Shown here: positions 1 through 11,791 of the stretch, one piece after another | Numbering within the stretch: the first letter of the stretch is position 1 | Layout: each line of letters starts with the position of its first letter | NCBI GenBank assembly: GCA_030295235.1 | Contig: AP026131.1 | Location: 434,001 to 498,000, forward strand | Direction of reading: 5' to 3' | Length of the DNA: 64,000 nucleotides | DNA from: Fistulifera solaris | Lineage: Eukaryota | The notes under the pieces: generated by a model | The model's database searches: none | Seen by the model: only the letters and a program-made list of their open reading frames with translations | What the model was told of the DNA's origin: nothing | Made by a program: the position numbers and the translations under genes

Positions 1-147
1 AATTTTTATTCAGCTGCAAATTAGAAGCAAACGGACGAGGGCCGGCAACGTCCAACATAATATAACTTCATCTACGATGAAATAGTTCTTGAAAACATAT
101 TGTTCGAAACTAGCTAAATTTGACCATGGAATCAATAGATTTTTCGC

Positions 148-3087
148 TTATTTCGGTTGAGGCGGCGTCCATACAAATGTTTCTGGAGGTACTGTCTCAC
201 CTTCGGGCTCGTCAGCTGGACTTCTCAAAGTTTCAAGCTCGTCATCTTCTTGAGTGGACGTATCTTTCAAAATAATCACACCCATCGGTGTTGCCGTCGG
301 GCGGACAGGCTGGTAGCGTTGTTCAAGATCGTACTGGCAAACTAGGGATTGTGAAGCAGTGATGCGTGAAGGATTGCTCACTCGGAACTCTGATGGCTGG
401 GGTACCTTGCGCTCAGCTTCCGCTTTGTTTTCGACAACTTCTTCTTTTGCATCGTCTTCCTTGATTTCTTCTTCTTTGGGAGCGTCGACGTCCATTTCCT
501 CGCCATAGATCCCCAACTTAACTCTTTTCCTAGCCAAACGAGCCTTTTCTTTCGCGGTGGTGGACAGAGTAACTGTCTCAACTCGTTTCTTTTTTCTCCT
601 CTTTCTTCTCTTCCATTTTCTTCGGATAAGCGAATGCACTAGGTTTCGACTTGCACACAATGCTAAATTTCTTAGGATATTGAAAGTTGGAATTCAAACC
701 GATCGTGTAAGTCGGAGTGAGCGCTAAACTCCAAAAGTGCATCATAGGAAACCAGTGCCAGTGCTGCAACCATAAACAAAGCCCCACCGCACTCGTCATT
801 TTGTTAAATCCCAGGCGAGAACCGAGTTTCAAAGCACAATTTCTTCCGCCGGTGTCGATGATACCAATCGACATGATCGCACCCATTTTGGTCATCGTGC
901 TTTGATGCTTTTCTCCCACAATCGAGAACAGCTTCTCCCTGAAAGCACGAGTTTTCTTCGAGTCGCTGCACTGCATGTAAATCATCGCAGTGCCCATCAG
1001 CGCTCCTTGACGCACATAGTCTGTCATGTCATCTAACATGGGTTCGAGTAGTGCGATGCTCTCTGGATTTCCAGTACCAGCCATAGCTATACCAACGGCC
1101 ATACAACTCGCATATCGAACGTGAGGATTGAATGACTCCAAAAGTAGTTTCACAAGCTCTGGTACTCGACCAGGCGTCTTGTATAAAACGAAAGAAAGAC
1201 CTAAGACAGCAGCCATGCGCACATCGTCACTGACGTCGCTGACGGCAGTGTGCAATAGAATTCGGACGGCCTTGTTGCTTCCAGTCCCACAATATGCCAT
1301 CGCCAATGCATACTGAGCACCATATCGCATGATGGGATCGCGGTCACTGCGCATCTCTTCGATACATGCGTCAGCATTCTCTTCCTGACCGAAATTGATA
1401 AGCGCAAGCCCCATGGCAATTCCACGAATGATCTTTTCGTGCTGTGTTTCTCGCGCGTAATTTTTGAGTTCCGCAACCAACTCCGAAAATTCTTCCGAAA
1501 GCTTGCTGTTAGGATTTCCAGCTCCAGTGCCGACTAGCACGAGTCCCAAACTAATTCCAGCAGCTTCACCGGAAACGGCAGAGTCCGTGTCGAGCAACTC
1601 CTTGAGTTCTTTGCAGATGACAAGGTCAGCAGAGCCCATCGCAGTTAAACCGACGCCCAACGCAGCTCCATGACTTTGAACCTCGTTTGCGTGAGAAGTT
1701 CTAAGATGCCCCCGGATGTATTGTAAGGACTCGTGGCGCTTAGCGGCAGATGTTCCTGGCTGGGCGTGAATTAGACCCAGTGCATACAAACTACCACCCT
1801 CAGCGAATCCCCCGGCAGTGCTTACTTCTCCTTGTCCTTCTTCGGGAAGATAAGGCTGAAGCAAATGCATGGCTTCGGTGATATGACCAGAATGCACAAC
1901 TCCCAGGGACGCAGTTGCCGAAAATTTCGCCCTAGCAAAGGCATGAGCGATCAGAAATTTGATCAACGTCCAAAGAACATACTTTCATGAGCACTTACCA
2001 GTTACTTGCTTTCTTCATCCAGTCGAGATGCTTTCGCAAGAAAGAATCGTTGGTCGTTCCTGTATACAGATAACTGTGTGTCATGACGGCAGCATGGTGT
2101 AGCACTGAACTTCGGCTGCCGCTTGATCTTTCTTCTAATGCCTTTTGAGATTTTCCATGATCAGAGGATCTGCATGACTATGCTTATGAAGAAAAGAAAG
2201 AGCCATTTCACCAGGGAAACCGTCCACCAAGATTTTGCGGGCTTGATCAAACCCCTCTTGGGGAATCTCTGCCGCAACGGCTTCGACAAACGCTTGATCT
2301 CCCGTATCCATCAGATCGAAGCACAACTGCAATCCAAGTAGTTTGTCATCTGATCCGAGAAGTTCCACCAGCGTCTGAGCAACAGCTTTCGGTTGATTCA
2401 ACAGTTGGTATACAACAACGAGATCGTAGGCAGCCTCCGTTCGCGGTTTCTTTTCCAAGCAATCGGCCACGACTTGTAAGGCTTGTTGACGAAAGGATTT
2501 CGCCGTTACGTTCTCCACGCACGTTTTCCAAGCATATTCCAAAAACGCGGTATCTTGCGATGCCAAAATTTCCTTCAGTTTTTCTACTTCCTGTGCCTCA
2601 AGTGCAATTCCTAGAGCGTGTTGAAAATGCCCTGCCTGACACGATGCATCCATCAATCGATACACCATGCCTTGCAATTGATCCTTCGGAACAGAAACAC
2701 TCTCGTCTTGCTTCACTTTCAAAAAGGAATCAAGTGCTGCAGCTACGAGACGCTGCACGTAAGGACTGTGTTGTTCGAGCGGATCAAAATGTTGCGGGCC
2801 CGCCTCCAAAGCCAGTCGCAATGCTTGTTGCGGTTCTTGCAAATGGAAAAGACCCGAGACGCTACAGCAGCAGCGGCTTGTCGAAGTTCCATGGGAAGTT
2901 CGGTATTTTCCGCCATGCTTTCTAAATCCGGCAAACATTCCGCAATCTGATGCCACAAGGTGTTCACATGCGTCAATAATTGCGAGACGGCGGCGGTCTG
3001 TAACGCAAGATCATCTTCTTGCAAGAGCGCCATCCAGCCCGTCGCCGAGGGAGCTGGGGCGGAAACATTGCTAGCTACCACCGACAT
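148..3087 (-). CDS. RPN2: 26S proteasome non-ATPase regulatory subunit 1 (Rpn2/PSMD1); one intron and about 3 homopolymer frameshifts
   Basis: The joined ORFs give the N-terminal WHQIAECLP, then TTNDSFLRKHLDW...NWAKFSATASLGVVH, PC repeats (TQHEKIIRG, DVSDDVR, SFNPHVRY) and C-terminal NPSRI. There is a GT-AG intron at ~1998-1933 and frameshifts at ~2848, ~2145 and ~590. The start codon is approximate. Confidence 0.95.
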
Positions 3088-3448
3088 TCTGTGTATCAAA
3101 TGAGAAGGAGACTAGAAAGCAAATCAATGCGAGGCTTTTACAATCATTGCCATTTCTTGTGAAAGAGCATTCAGTCGAAGATCGGCTCATTTCGTTGACC
3201 TTCCTTTTCGGCAATGAAGTCGCCTGATGGAAGGAAGGGCGGTGTATGAGCCAAGCAGTACACTGGTATATTATTGCCAGTACGACGTCAATGCTTACGA
3301 TCACGAGTTGTCCAGTCCCGCCTTTTCCTAATATTTACTCCGTATTTTCGACTTTTTCCCAACCGCATGAACAAAAGCAACACATCCGATCTTGGGCATT
3401 ATTCATGTTTCATGTTGCGTCTCGACTAATCCGGATCGCATTTCGACC

Positions 3449-4438
3449 ATGGACAGTAAAAAAAAGGGCTCGAGAAATTGTAGAGAAAGAATTCCGTCGC
3501 AACAAACGAAAGAACCAACATGCCGACGACTCCTCTGAGGATGACGAACGAGGCAGCCAAAGGAGAAAACGCCCCTTGATTACACCCACGCAAGTCAAAA
3601 TTAAAGATCAAAATGCTCCGGTCGCTGAATCTCAATATCGTGATAGAGCAAAGGAACGAAGAGAGGGAAAATTGAAAAGAGATGACGAAGATGACATCTT
3701 TGATTGGAAGCAAGAACGGAGAAAAGAACCAATTTCAGTACCTTCGATAGAAAAAGAGGAACCGGTGGAAATTATAACCGGTCGGTTTCAGACCAGAGAA
3801 GAAGCACAAGAGTATCTTCAGAGCAATCCTTCGGTATCTACGGTCTTGGGACGAGCTATAGTACGCTTCTGGCTGACGAGGTGGCAAAAATGAACCCTAA
3901 CGCGCCTCCCAAAATCTCATCGTCGGTGTATACCATGACAAAAGAAACCTATCCTTCTCTTTTAGTCATGCCATCGGAAAAATCCTATCCATCGACGACA
4001 AACCGCAGTGCTATGCGCCCACTTTTACCAGAAGATCTGTTGCAACAAATTCGCCGTGCCTGCAAGAAAGAGAAAGAGCGCCCACAAACGACAAACGAGA
4101 AGGCGGCCGTGCAAAACACAGCGACAGACGCGGAGGAAGACGACGACGAAGATATATTCGATAATCTAGGAGATTACGATGATAACGACGAATCGGAACA
4201 AGATGCGGATGCACCGACGCGGAAAGGTGAGAAGGTCGTCTTATTTCAGCCCTATGAACCAGAGGAAGTAGCACCCGTAATAACATTCCCGGTAAGAAGG
4301 CAGAACCGAAGCTCGGAACACTTTTCGTCGGCTCCTTCTGAAGTCGACTACCACGAAGATGAGAGTAGCGAGGATGAAAAGAAGTCAAAAAGAAAAGGCG
4401 TAAAAAACAGAGGAGCGGATCTGACAGCGAATAGCTAG
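3449..4438 (+). CDS. RED/IK-like spliceosome-associated protein (frameshifted)
   Basis: Contains YRDRAKERREG, typical of the RED N-terminal region, and an acidic DDDEDIFD. The ATG is at 3449, with frameshifts in A-runs at ~3460 and ~3888. Confidence 0.55.
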
Positions 4439-4689
4439 CAGAAACCATTTTGCTTCCTTGAGGCTTAAGTCTTGTCAAACAAAGAGCAAAGTGTTCAGCC
4501 CGTAATTATTTGGCTTTGAACCGATATTTTGCTCTCGTTATTCTGTGAGCGGTACAATAACTTTGAATTCAATGTAATGGATTGTAATTATCAAAGAAAA
4601 ACCACTCTTCGACTTTGATTGACTGTGTATACGTGTATACCGAAAAATCTTCTAAAAAATTAGTCGATTTCATTAAATTCCCCTGGTAG

Positions 4690-5255
4690 ACTTAGTTTAG
4701 TTCAACGAGTTCCTGGTCTAACTGAAACTTTGGATGATATTCTGAAGTTATGGGATCGCGTTCTTCGTCGAACTGAAATTCTGGTTGCTTTCCAGAAATT
4801 CTGGAATTGGTGTTTTCGAGCATGCCGACAGTTTGGTTAGTTCCAGAATGTTTGGAATAGGTGTTCTTGGTCGGAATAAAATTCTAGATATGTTACAGAA
4901 ATTCTGGATTCGGTCTTTTAGTCGAACTGAAATTCAGGATGATTTCCAGAAATTCTGGAATTGGTGTGTTCGAGCATACGAGCATACAGACATTCTGAAG
5001 ACGTTCCAGAAATTTTGGTATGTTGGTGTTCTTGGTCGAAATGAAATACTCCGGAGTATTCTGGATATGTTACAGAAATTCTGGATTGGGTATTTTTGGT
5101 CCAACTGAAATTCTGGATATGCTCCAGAATTTCGGGAATCCGGTGTCTTCGAGCATACAGACATTCTGCAGTCGTTCCAGAAATTCTGGAATATTGGTGT
5201 TTTCAAGCATACAGACATTCTGAATACGTTCCAGAAATTCTGGAGTTGCTGTTTT
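4690..5255. repeat. Degenerate ~52-bp tandem repeat (about 10 units) with near-palindromic core TCCAGAAATTCTGGA
   Basis: The core recurs at ~4792, 4843, 4895, 4946, 5005, 5072, 5123, 5176 and 5231. Confidence 0.9.
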
Positions 5256-5354
5256 CCGTCACACAGACACTCTACCAGGTAAAAGGAAGGGAAGCGCAAA
5301 ATATTCGAAGCAATGACACACACGGACTTGTCGCTCAAAAGAATATGAATTCGA

Positions 5355-5396
5355 TTCATGACTGAAGTACAGTCGTGGAAAATTGAGGATACACTT
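5355..5396 (+). repeat. Dispersed 42-bp hairpin+tail element, copy A
   Basis: TTCATGACTGAAGTACAGTCGTGGAAAATTGAGGATACACTT; 36/42 identical to 37556-37597. Confidence 0.75.
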
Positions 5397-5632
5397 CAAT
5401 CCATAGTAGGTAAGTTTCTTTTGTTTTTGAATCAGACGGAAACACTGTAGTCTAGGTGCTTCGTGTTTATCATTCGCATTGACATGTACTGGAGTAGTAA
5501 CGACGTTCTATTCATTCTCCAGCGCTGCGCCTTTCTTCTTCTCATAATCATTCGACTTGTGAATAAGCAGGGCAAATCATCAAGGTAATTTAGGAGGCTA
5601 AACAGCTGATTGCTCTTATCGTTTAGCGATGA

Positions 5633-8600
5633 ATGCAAGGTATTTGCTCTGGAAGTTCGGCACCCTCTGAAATGAATGACAATGATGCCCTTCACCTGGG
5701 TGTCGGAACGCAAGAGACGCCGGCACTTGAGACGGTGCACGTTGAAGCTACGTTGGCGGGACAGGGACCTCCAAGCTTGCCGGATGCATTACCGTCTTGT
5801 AACTACGAGGCTCCTTCGTCCTTGTCTGCTTCGCAAATGAAAGACGCCGCTGCAAAGGAAGTTGCGAAGCCTCCTTCTCTCCCTTTAGAAAATACTCAGC
5901 AATCATCAACAGTAGTCGACGAAACGCTTGCAGCTTCTTTGTCTGAAAGTAATCAGATTAAATTGGACGAGAGAAATCTCAATATGTCGCCTTCGAATGC
6001 ACATGAAACAAATACGACAATATCAAAAGGACAGCCAATAGCTGATGCAGGGAATTCAGGCGACGGCACGACACACTTGGAAACGCACACTCAGAAGCTC
6101 TCTGAGAATCGAGGTTCCTCTGATGCTCCTCTATCGCAAGAATCGCAGAATGTGTCGGTGGGAAATGGCCGACCCGACACTGTCGTTATCTGTAGCGACG
6201 AAAATGGTTTGCACGTTACCGGCAATCCTTCCGACCCAACAACGATGATACAGCAGGACGCGTACACGTCCCAACAATTATCGGGAACAGGACAACAATT
6301 AATACCGGCAATTGATGCCGCATCAATACGTCCCCCAGCGATTGTTGAGGGAACACCCATTGTTCGAGTTGTAGGTATCCCAGTGGCAGACAATATTGCT
6401 TTGACTTCTACTACAGCTGAGAATGTGACGCAGTCGCAACTGAACCTCGTACACACTGTTGTTGCACCAGAAGGGGCCACTGTTGTGGGTATGGTAGGAA
6501 CAACACCCATCGTCAGGCTTCCGGATGCTTCAAAAGAGTTGTAACGAAAAGAAAGGCAGATTCAAGGTATTTCAACCGGTGATAGATGTCGTGCCAGTTG
6601 ACCCTACTGCGAGTACGCCTAGCGTGACCATACAGGCTCCTGCAGAAATGGTTCTTACAGATCCCAACATGTCGACTGTAGGAGGGCAAGACACGACAAC
6701 CGGTGCCGATCCAGAATCTGCAATGTTAATCAACCAACCTCCACTCCCATCCAACAGTCCAGATGAACCCCAAACATTCGAGGGGACAGGAGCTCCTGTA
6801 GTGAAACGAAAAGGTCGTTTCTTCGTTACAAATCTGAAAGATCCTGCCGTGATTGCTATCAACATTCAGCCCCAAGTGGTCAATGGCGTACCAATATCAA
6901 ACGTGCTAGCAACTCAAACAACGGTTGAATCTTTTCCGGTAGCCTCAAGTTACGTTCAAACCAGTGTATCAAATATTGCTGTTGCACCCGGTGCTTCGGA
7001 TGTGTACCAAGCTGTTGCAACGGCACCGACAGTCCATAGTCAACCGGTCACGCTATCCACAGTTCCAGTACTCCAGCAACATTATCCTCAGCCTGAACCT
7101 CAACAACCAGTTCAATACGAGCACTCGATAGTGTCACAAAATCATTCGGCGGTTCATGTTCAAGAGACTTCTCACTTCGACCGTAATTTCCAACACGCTG
7201 CGGAGCCGCAACATTCATCGATACAGCAGCCAAACGCGATAGTGCCTAGCGGTGCGGAAGGAAAGAATTTTTTAAGTGAACTGTTGCCCGCCGAATCTCA
7301 AGTCGCATTAGGAAAGGTAGATAATGCAAGTGATCGACCGAGAGAGCATTCTGAAGCGTCACAAAATCACAAAACGCTTGCTCGACGGTATCAGTCAGTG
7401 CCAAAAAGTGGGCGGGATGAACACCTTGCCCCAACCGGCCTCGGAAAGATTTTTCATTTTCTCGATCAAATGCGAACCGAGGTGACGCAAGCGGACAAGT
7501 TGATCAAGACGCTCCAAACTGAGAACCGCTTACTGGTAAGTTTCGGAAATTTTTAAGATCCGAAATCTAAAGTGACTAAATCGATGCGTCTACAGAAAGA
7601 GAGAAATAAGGAGCTGGAGGCAAAAGTGATAGACGGTGACAAGAAGTTTCGAGAGGAAAAGGCGTTAAGGGAGGCTACTGATGCAAAATTGAAGGCTCTT
7701 CGGAAGAAACTACGCTCAATGAAAGAAGGTTCCGAGATACAGAAGGAAGACGATAGTATCTTAACGAATGCAAAACAATCAGGAAACGCTGAAGCTGGCC
7801 ACAAGAAGGCATCGTCGGGAACAATTCAACCAGGCTCTGGGCACTCCGCTGTCAACCAAAAGCAAACTCTCCGCTGCATGATGGACCTGAGAAAACTAAT
7901 CATGAAGCTCATTCCCTGCCAGCTACTCCAGAAACAAAAGTCAAATCGAACGCTACGTCACCTGAACAACTGATGTTGCACGTCGCTCCCGATAAAGAAC
8001 TCCCCCGACACCTCCTTTTCAAGGAGAAAGGGTTCTTCATCGTCAAATGTTCCAGTTCCAAAACCTAGTCCCAGTCACAGTCGAGTGAAATCCACACCAC
8101 ATCTCCCAACTCACTCAGGGTTTTCAAACAACAGTATTCCGAATCAACTGTCTCGGAACAGTGATACGTCTTCAACATCACAGTATACTCATGTCCCACA
8201 AATGGCAGGCTTTACACAAAGGGAGCACGGAGTCTCGCGACTTGTTTCCACAGAGTTTGATCCTCTTGCGCCGAAAAAAGATGTTTCTTTGATTCAAGCA
8301 TCCGCTGCCCCGGTCGAGAGTTCACATAACAACTTTGACCCTTTTTCGTCTGTTGCTTCACCGAACCATCCCACAAGTACGGGGTTGCAAAGCAACAACA
8401 GTACCCCGACACACGTCATCCAGCCGACATCTCTTTTTACTATGAACCAAACCACTTTATTACCAATTCCTGTTTATAGTCAACCTGGGACATCTTTCGA
8501 ACTCTTTGATCACGCGACAATTCAGAATCAGCTGAAGACACGGGAGGATTTGCTACAGCAAAGCAATTGTCAAGAACTGCATCAACAAATTCTTCTTGTA

Positions 8601-8867
8601 CCGCAGCAAACGCTTGAGGTTTCAACGGACAATCAAATGTATCCAAGCTCTTTAGCTATGGGAAGTGCGAACAACGTGCTCATCGAGCAAAATGTCTTGG
8701 ACGTTTCGACTTCTGGTATGTGGGGTCCGCAGCAAGAAACCGTGACGATGACACACGTAGATATACAGCCAACGTCAGATTTCGCCCAGTCACTCGCGTC
8801 TCAGTCTAGACTTAGCGTGCCATTGGACCCATTCGATGACTTGTTGAGTCGGGTAAATGAATCATAA
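5633..8867 (+). CDS. Large low-complexity hypothetical protein with K(K/R)KGRFxV motifs and a coiled coil
   Basis: Consecutive ORFs 5633-6544, 6525-7556, 7572-7973 and 8085-8867. There is an intron at ~7536-7594 (GTAAGT...TACAG) and frameshifts in A-runs near 6535-6550 and ~7860-7940. Confidence 0.7.
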
Positions 8868-8996
8868 CTCGCAAAGGGGGTGAAAGCCAACTGCATGGTC
8901 GAATTTATAATCTGTTTCTTAAGTATGTATTATATTCATATGCAAGAACAATTTAAAGAACAAAACTTGCGATCTTCGCCCACTGACATTGATTTC

Positions 8997-10172
8997 TTAA
9001 CGTCGCCTGTACTTCTTGCCCTCGTCTTTCCGTACTAATAGCTCGTCGGCACCATCCAACGGTTGGCTTTGTAACAATTCTACAACTCTACGCAGAACAC
9101 TAACCAACAGTATTGGAGCGCGAACCAAACCAACAATGAATGTTTCCAAAATACCCAGCGGTGAGTTCCGATCATTATCCATAGGTCGCTTTTCCTCCAA
9201 AATCCGCTGAATACTTTTCAAGCGTAATCGTTCCGCTTCATTGAGCTGTGCCAACGTTTCATAAGCCTTTTGCTCTGCTTCCCCCAATGGCCCTTTGTAC
9301 TTGGCGTCCTTTGGTCGAAGGAATGCACCTGGCGCGTTCCTACGCTTTTCGGCTGCTCGCTTTTGCTCCGCATCGAAGAGCTCTAGTACTTTGGCTTCGA
9401 GTTCCCCCAGAGGCCCAGGAACATCCAAAGGACGAACAACTTCACCACCTCTCCGTCTGCTTTGACTCATTCGCAACAACTCAGCATCTCGAATTTCTTC
9501 AAAAATACGGACCGCTCTATACTCGGCTTCGCCGAGAGGGCCGCGCATGGATTCATCCAAATCCTTGGGTCGGATTGTCTTTGTTCGCACACGCTCACTT
9601 TCCGACAACTTGATTCGATCGAGAAAGTCGCTTGCAGCACTCTCTAAAAAGCCCAAGGGTCCGAGTTCTGTCCCTGCATCTTTCGGCCGGACCAACTGCC
9701 CTCCTCCATTGACTATACGCTCGGCTCGCCTTCCTTCTTCTTCGACAACTTGCGACAACCATTCGACTGCGGATTTCTCCCATCGACCCAAGGGACCCAA
9801 CGAACTCTCACTCGCATCCATCGGCCGAACATACATAGGATCCTCACCTCTCATACGTGCAAGACTCTGTTCGAGCATACGCTCGGCTTCTTTGGCTTTG
9901 AAGATGTCGGATCTCCACTTGTAGTCTTGCAGACTGAGCTGAGCGAGGTTGCGGGCTAACGATTGGAAGATTGTTGTCTCTTGTTGCTCTGCATCAGATG
10001 ATGGTTCTGGGTTAGAATTACCGCTGTACGCATCGCCTTTGGGTTCCCGCGGGGAAACTGCAGCGAGAGCAACCTGCGCTCGACCAGAATTGATCGTTGT
10101 AATTGTAAAGCAATTGACGCCGGCGAATAATACTAACGCCACCAGGCACAAAGAATGTCGCGTATCTACCAT
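8997..10172 (-). CDS. Probable plastid-targeted protein with six RPxD-x(n)-(G)PLG-xxE repeats
   Basis: Intact 391-aa ORF with a hydrophobic signal peptide ending VNC-FT (ASAFAP-like Phe at +1) and visible internal repeats. Confidence 0.85.
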   Translation of the reverse strand: MVDTRHSLCLVALVLFAGVNCFTITTINSGRAQVALAAVSPREPKGDAYSGNSNPEPSSDAEQQETTIFQSLARNLAQLSLQDYKWRSDIFKAKEAERMLEQSLARMRGEDPMYVRPMDASESSLGPLGRWEKSAVEWLSQVVEEEGRRAERIVNGGGQLVRPKDAGTELGPLGFLESAASDFLDRIKLSESERVRTKTIRPKDLDESMRGPLGEAEYRAVRIFEEIRDAELLRMSQSRRRGGEVVRPLDVPGPLGELEAKVLELFDAEQKRAAEKRRNAPGAFLRPKDAKYKGPLGEAEQKAYETLAQLNEAERLRLKSIQRILEEKRPMDNDRNSPLGILETFIVGLVRAPILLVSVLRRVVELLQSQPLDGADELLVRKDEGKKYRRR

Positions 10173-10378
10173 GGCCAGCCCGATTAAATTGTGATTTCAG
10201 GTTCTTAGCAAAAAGAAGCAAATGTTTTTGAAGTTACAAAAGCATTAGTGCAGGCCTTTCTTATTCTTCATTCCTTGCAACGAAACAGCGAGTGTTGCGA
10301 ACAAAGCGCGTTGATGGTGACCGCGCCCGAAAGTTGCGTGTTTGTGGTTGCTGGTGCGACACGTTTCTGGTCAACATC

Positions 10379-10536
10379 ACGTCATACGTCACACGACACA
10401 CGTCATCCACGTATTTAACGTCAACCCCAATGCAGAAGCATACACGGAGTATCTTCAAAGACGTGGCTTGACGTGGCTTGACGTGGCTGACGTACTTCTT
10501 CTTGATTCTTTTCTGTTCACAAGAAACGTCTGACGT
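10379..10536. promoter_or_regulatory. Cluster of 8 TGACGT/ACGTCA (bZIP/CRE-type) motifs
   Basis: ACGTCA at 10379, 10386, 10400 and 10418; TGACGT at 10469, 10479, 10488 and 10531. It includes (GACGTGGCT[T])x3 and lies 200-360 bp upstream of the ATG at 10172. Confidence 0.65.
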
Positions 10537-10894
10537 TGATCGTTGGTTTGTGTGGTCCACTTTTTGTCCGTCGTTCATCACTCATCACTCATCACTCATC
10601 ACTTCTTTTCGTCATCCCCGCCGACAAGTTTCGATAAAGCGATTGGCAATTTACCAAAGACATTCATTCCTAAAGTTGCATCTAGGCTAGTTGCAAGTAT
10701 CGAGCTCTGAGATACTGAAACGGTAGGTTGTCTACTTTAACCAGAAAGACCCAAATTCGAGTAGCTAGAGATTCTCTCTCTACGTAATCTTAGTTTCCAA
10801 CGCTTTCAGTGAATCTCTAGTCTCTGCTAGGTTTGTAAACAAAGTTGTTTAGTTTTATGGAAAAATATACACAAGTTAACAGCATCCAACATCA

Positions 10895-11791
10895 TCACCA
10901 CCCCTCCTCCATTAAAAACTCATCAAAGCTTAGTCCAGGGCTCTCTTCGCGGAGAAAATCGGCAATGACATATTTCATATACTCCACTTTTCCGAAAGAC
11001 GGTTGTCCGTCTACTCCAGTGGTCACAGGTAATTCAAAGCAACTTAGCGCTGGTAATAGTGAATGCTCGGCTTTAGGGCTTTTCATTTTGATGGTGTCGA
11101 TAGAGTGAATAAGGTCAAATTGGAGCCCTTCGGGCACCATGCTCTTCGTTATACCGACCACAACTCTCGAGGTATTTGGCGGAGTCACCAGAAATGAAGG
11201 TTCAGCCTCCAGTGAATGAAAGGACTCTTGTTTCACAGTCTTGATATCTTGCTCTTCTTTCTTTGATTTGTCGTCGTCGTCAGCCGAGACGTAGGATAGT
11301 GATGACGACGAAGGCTCTGGTGATACCCACGGCATGGCATAAAAATCGGGTTCTTGGTCAGGATTCGACTTGCTGCGAACTCCTGTTCCTTTTATTTGGA
11401 TACGAGTGATTTCCTTGACAAGGTAAGGCTTGCCTCGTAGAAAGAGTTCGTGATAATAGCAACCCTTGTCTTGTCCTTGAGTCAATCGTAGAAAACCGTA
11501 CATATTACACTGACGGAGAAAGCTCTTATACTTGGTGATCTTAAATCGGCCCGCAAGGATCGCTTGTAGCTCTTTTGGCTTGTGAATCGCAAAGCATCGG
11601 CCGTGTGGTTGCCAAGAGATAATATGGTCAATTTGGTCGTGATGGGCTTGTTCAAGAAGCGCAAAGAGGCGCATCGGAAACTTGTTGAAAGATTTGGCCT
11701 CGTCGGATGGCACATCGTTGGCATGATCGTGGTAGTTGTGCTGCACAACGGTGTGTTCCGGTGTGTCGTTCTTGTTGGTCGGTCGGCACAT
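10895..11791 (-). CDS. Heat shock transcription factor (HSF DNA-binding domain)
   Basis: FPMRLFALLE, ISWQPHGRCF, KSFLRQCNMYGF and YYHELFLRG, plus the diatom-type N-terminal HNYHDH. Probable start is MCRPT at 11791. Confidence 0.93.
   Translation of the reverse strand: MCRPTNKNDTPEHTVVQHNYHDHANDVPSDEAKSFNKFPMRLFALLEQAHHDQIDHIISWQPHGRCFAIHKPKELQAILAGRFKITKYKSFLRQCNMYGFLRLTQGQDKGCYYHELFLRGKPYLVKEITRIQIKGTGVRSKSNPDQEPDFYAMPWVSPEPSSSSLSYVSADDDDKSKKEEQDIKTVKQESFHSLEAEPSFLVTPPNTSRVVVGITKSMVPEGLQFDLIHSIDTIKMKSPKAEHSLLPALSCFELPVTTGVDGQPSFGKVEYMKYVIADFLREESPGLSFDEFLMEEGW

Noticed and set aside
148..3087. RPN2, ATM and others as pseudogenes, or as Euplotes-type programmed frameshifts
   Set aside because: The breaks I examined are mostly homopolymer indels in both directions, with no shared slippery-site/stop motif. 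Sequencing error is the simpler explanation.
4690..5255. CRISPR array (palindromic repeat with regular spacing)
   Set aside because: The segments between cores are themselves repeats of two types rather than unique spacers. The repeats are degenerate, there are no cas genes, and the context is eukaryotic.
4785..5365. Short periodic ORFs on both strands within the minisatellite
   Set aside because: These are by-products of the repeat; unit lengths are not consistently multiples of three.
10574..10602. (TCATCAC)n short tandem repeat
   Set aside because: Simple microsatellite-like run with no further structure.
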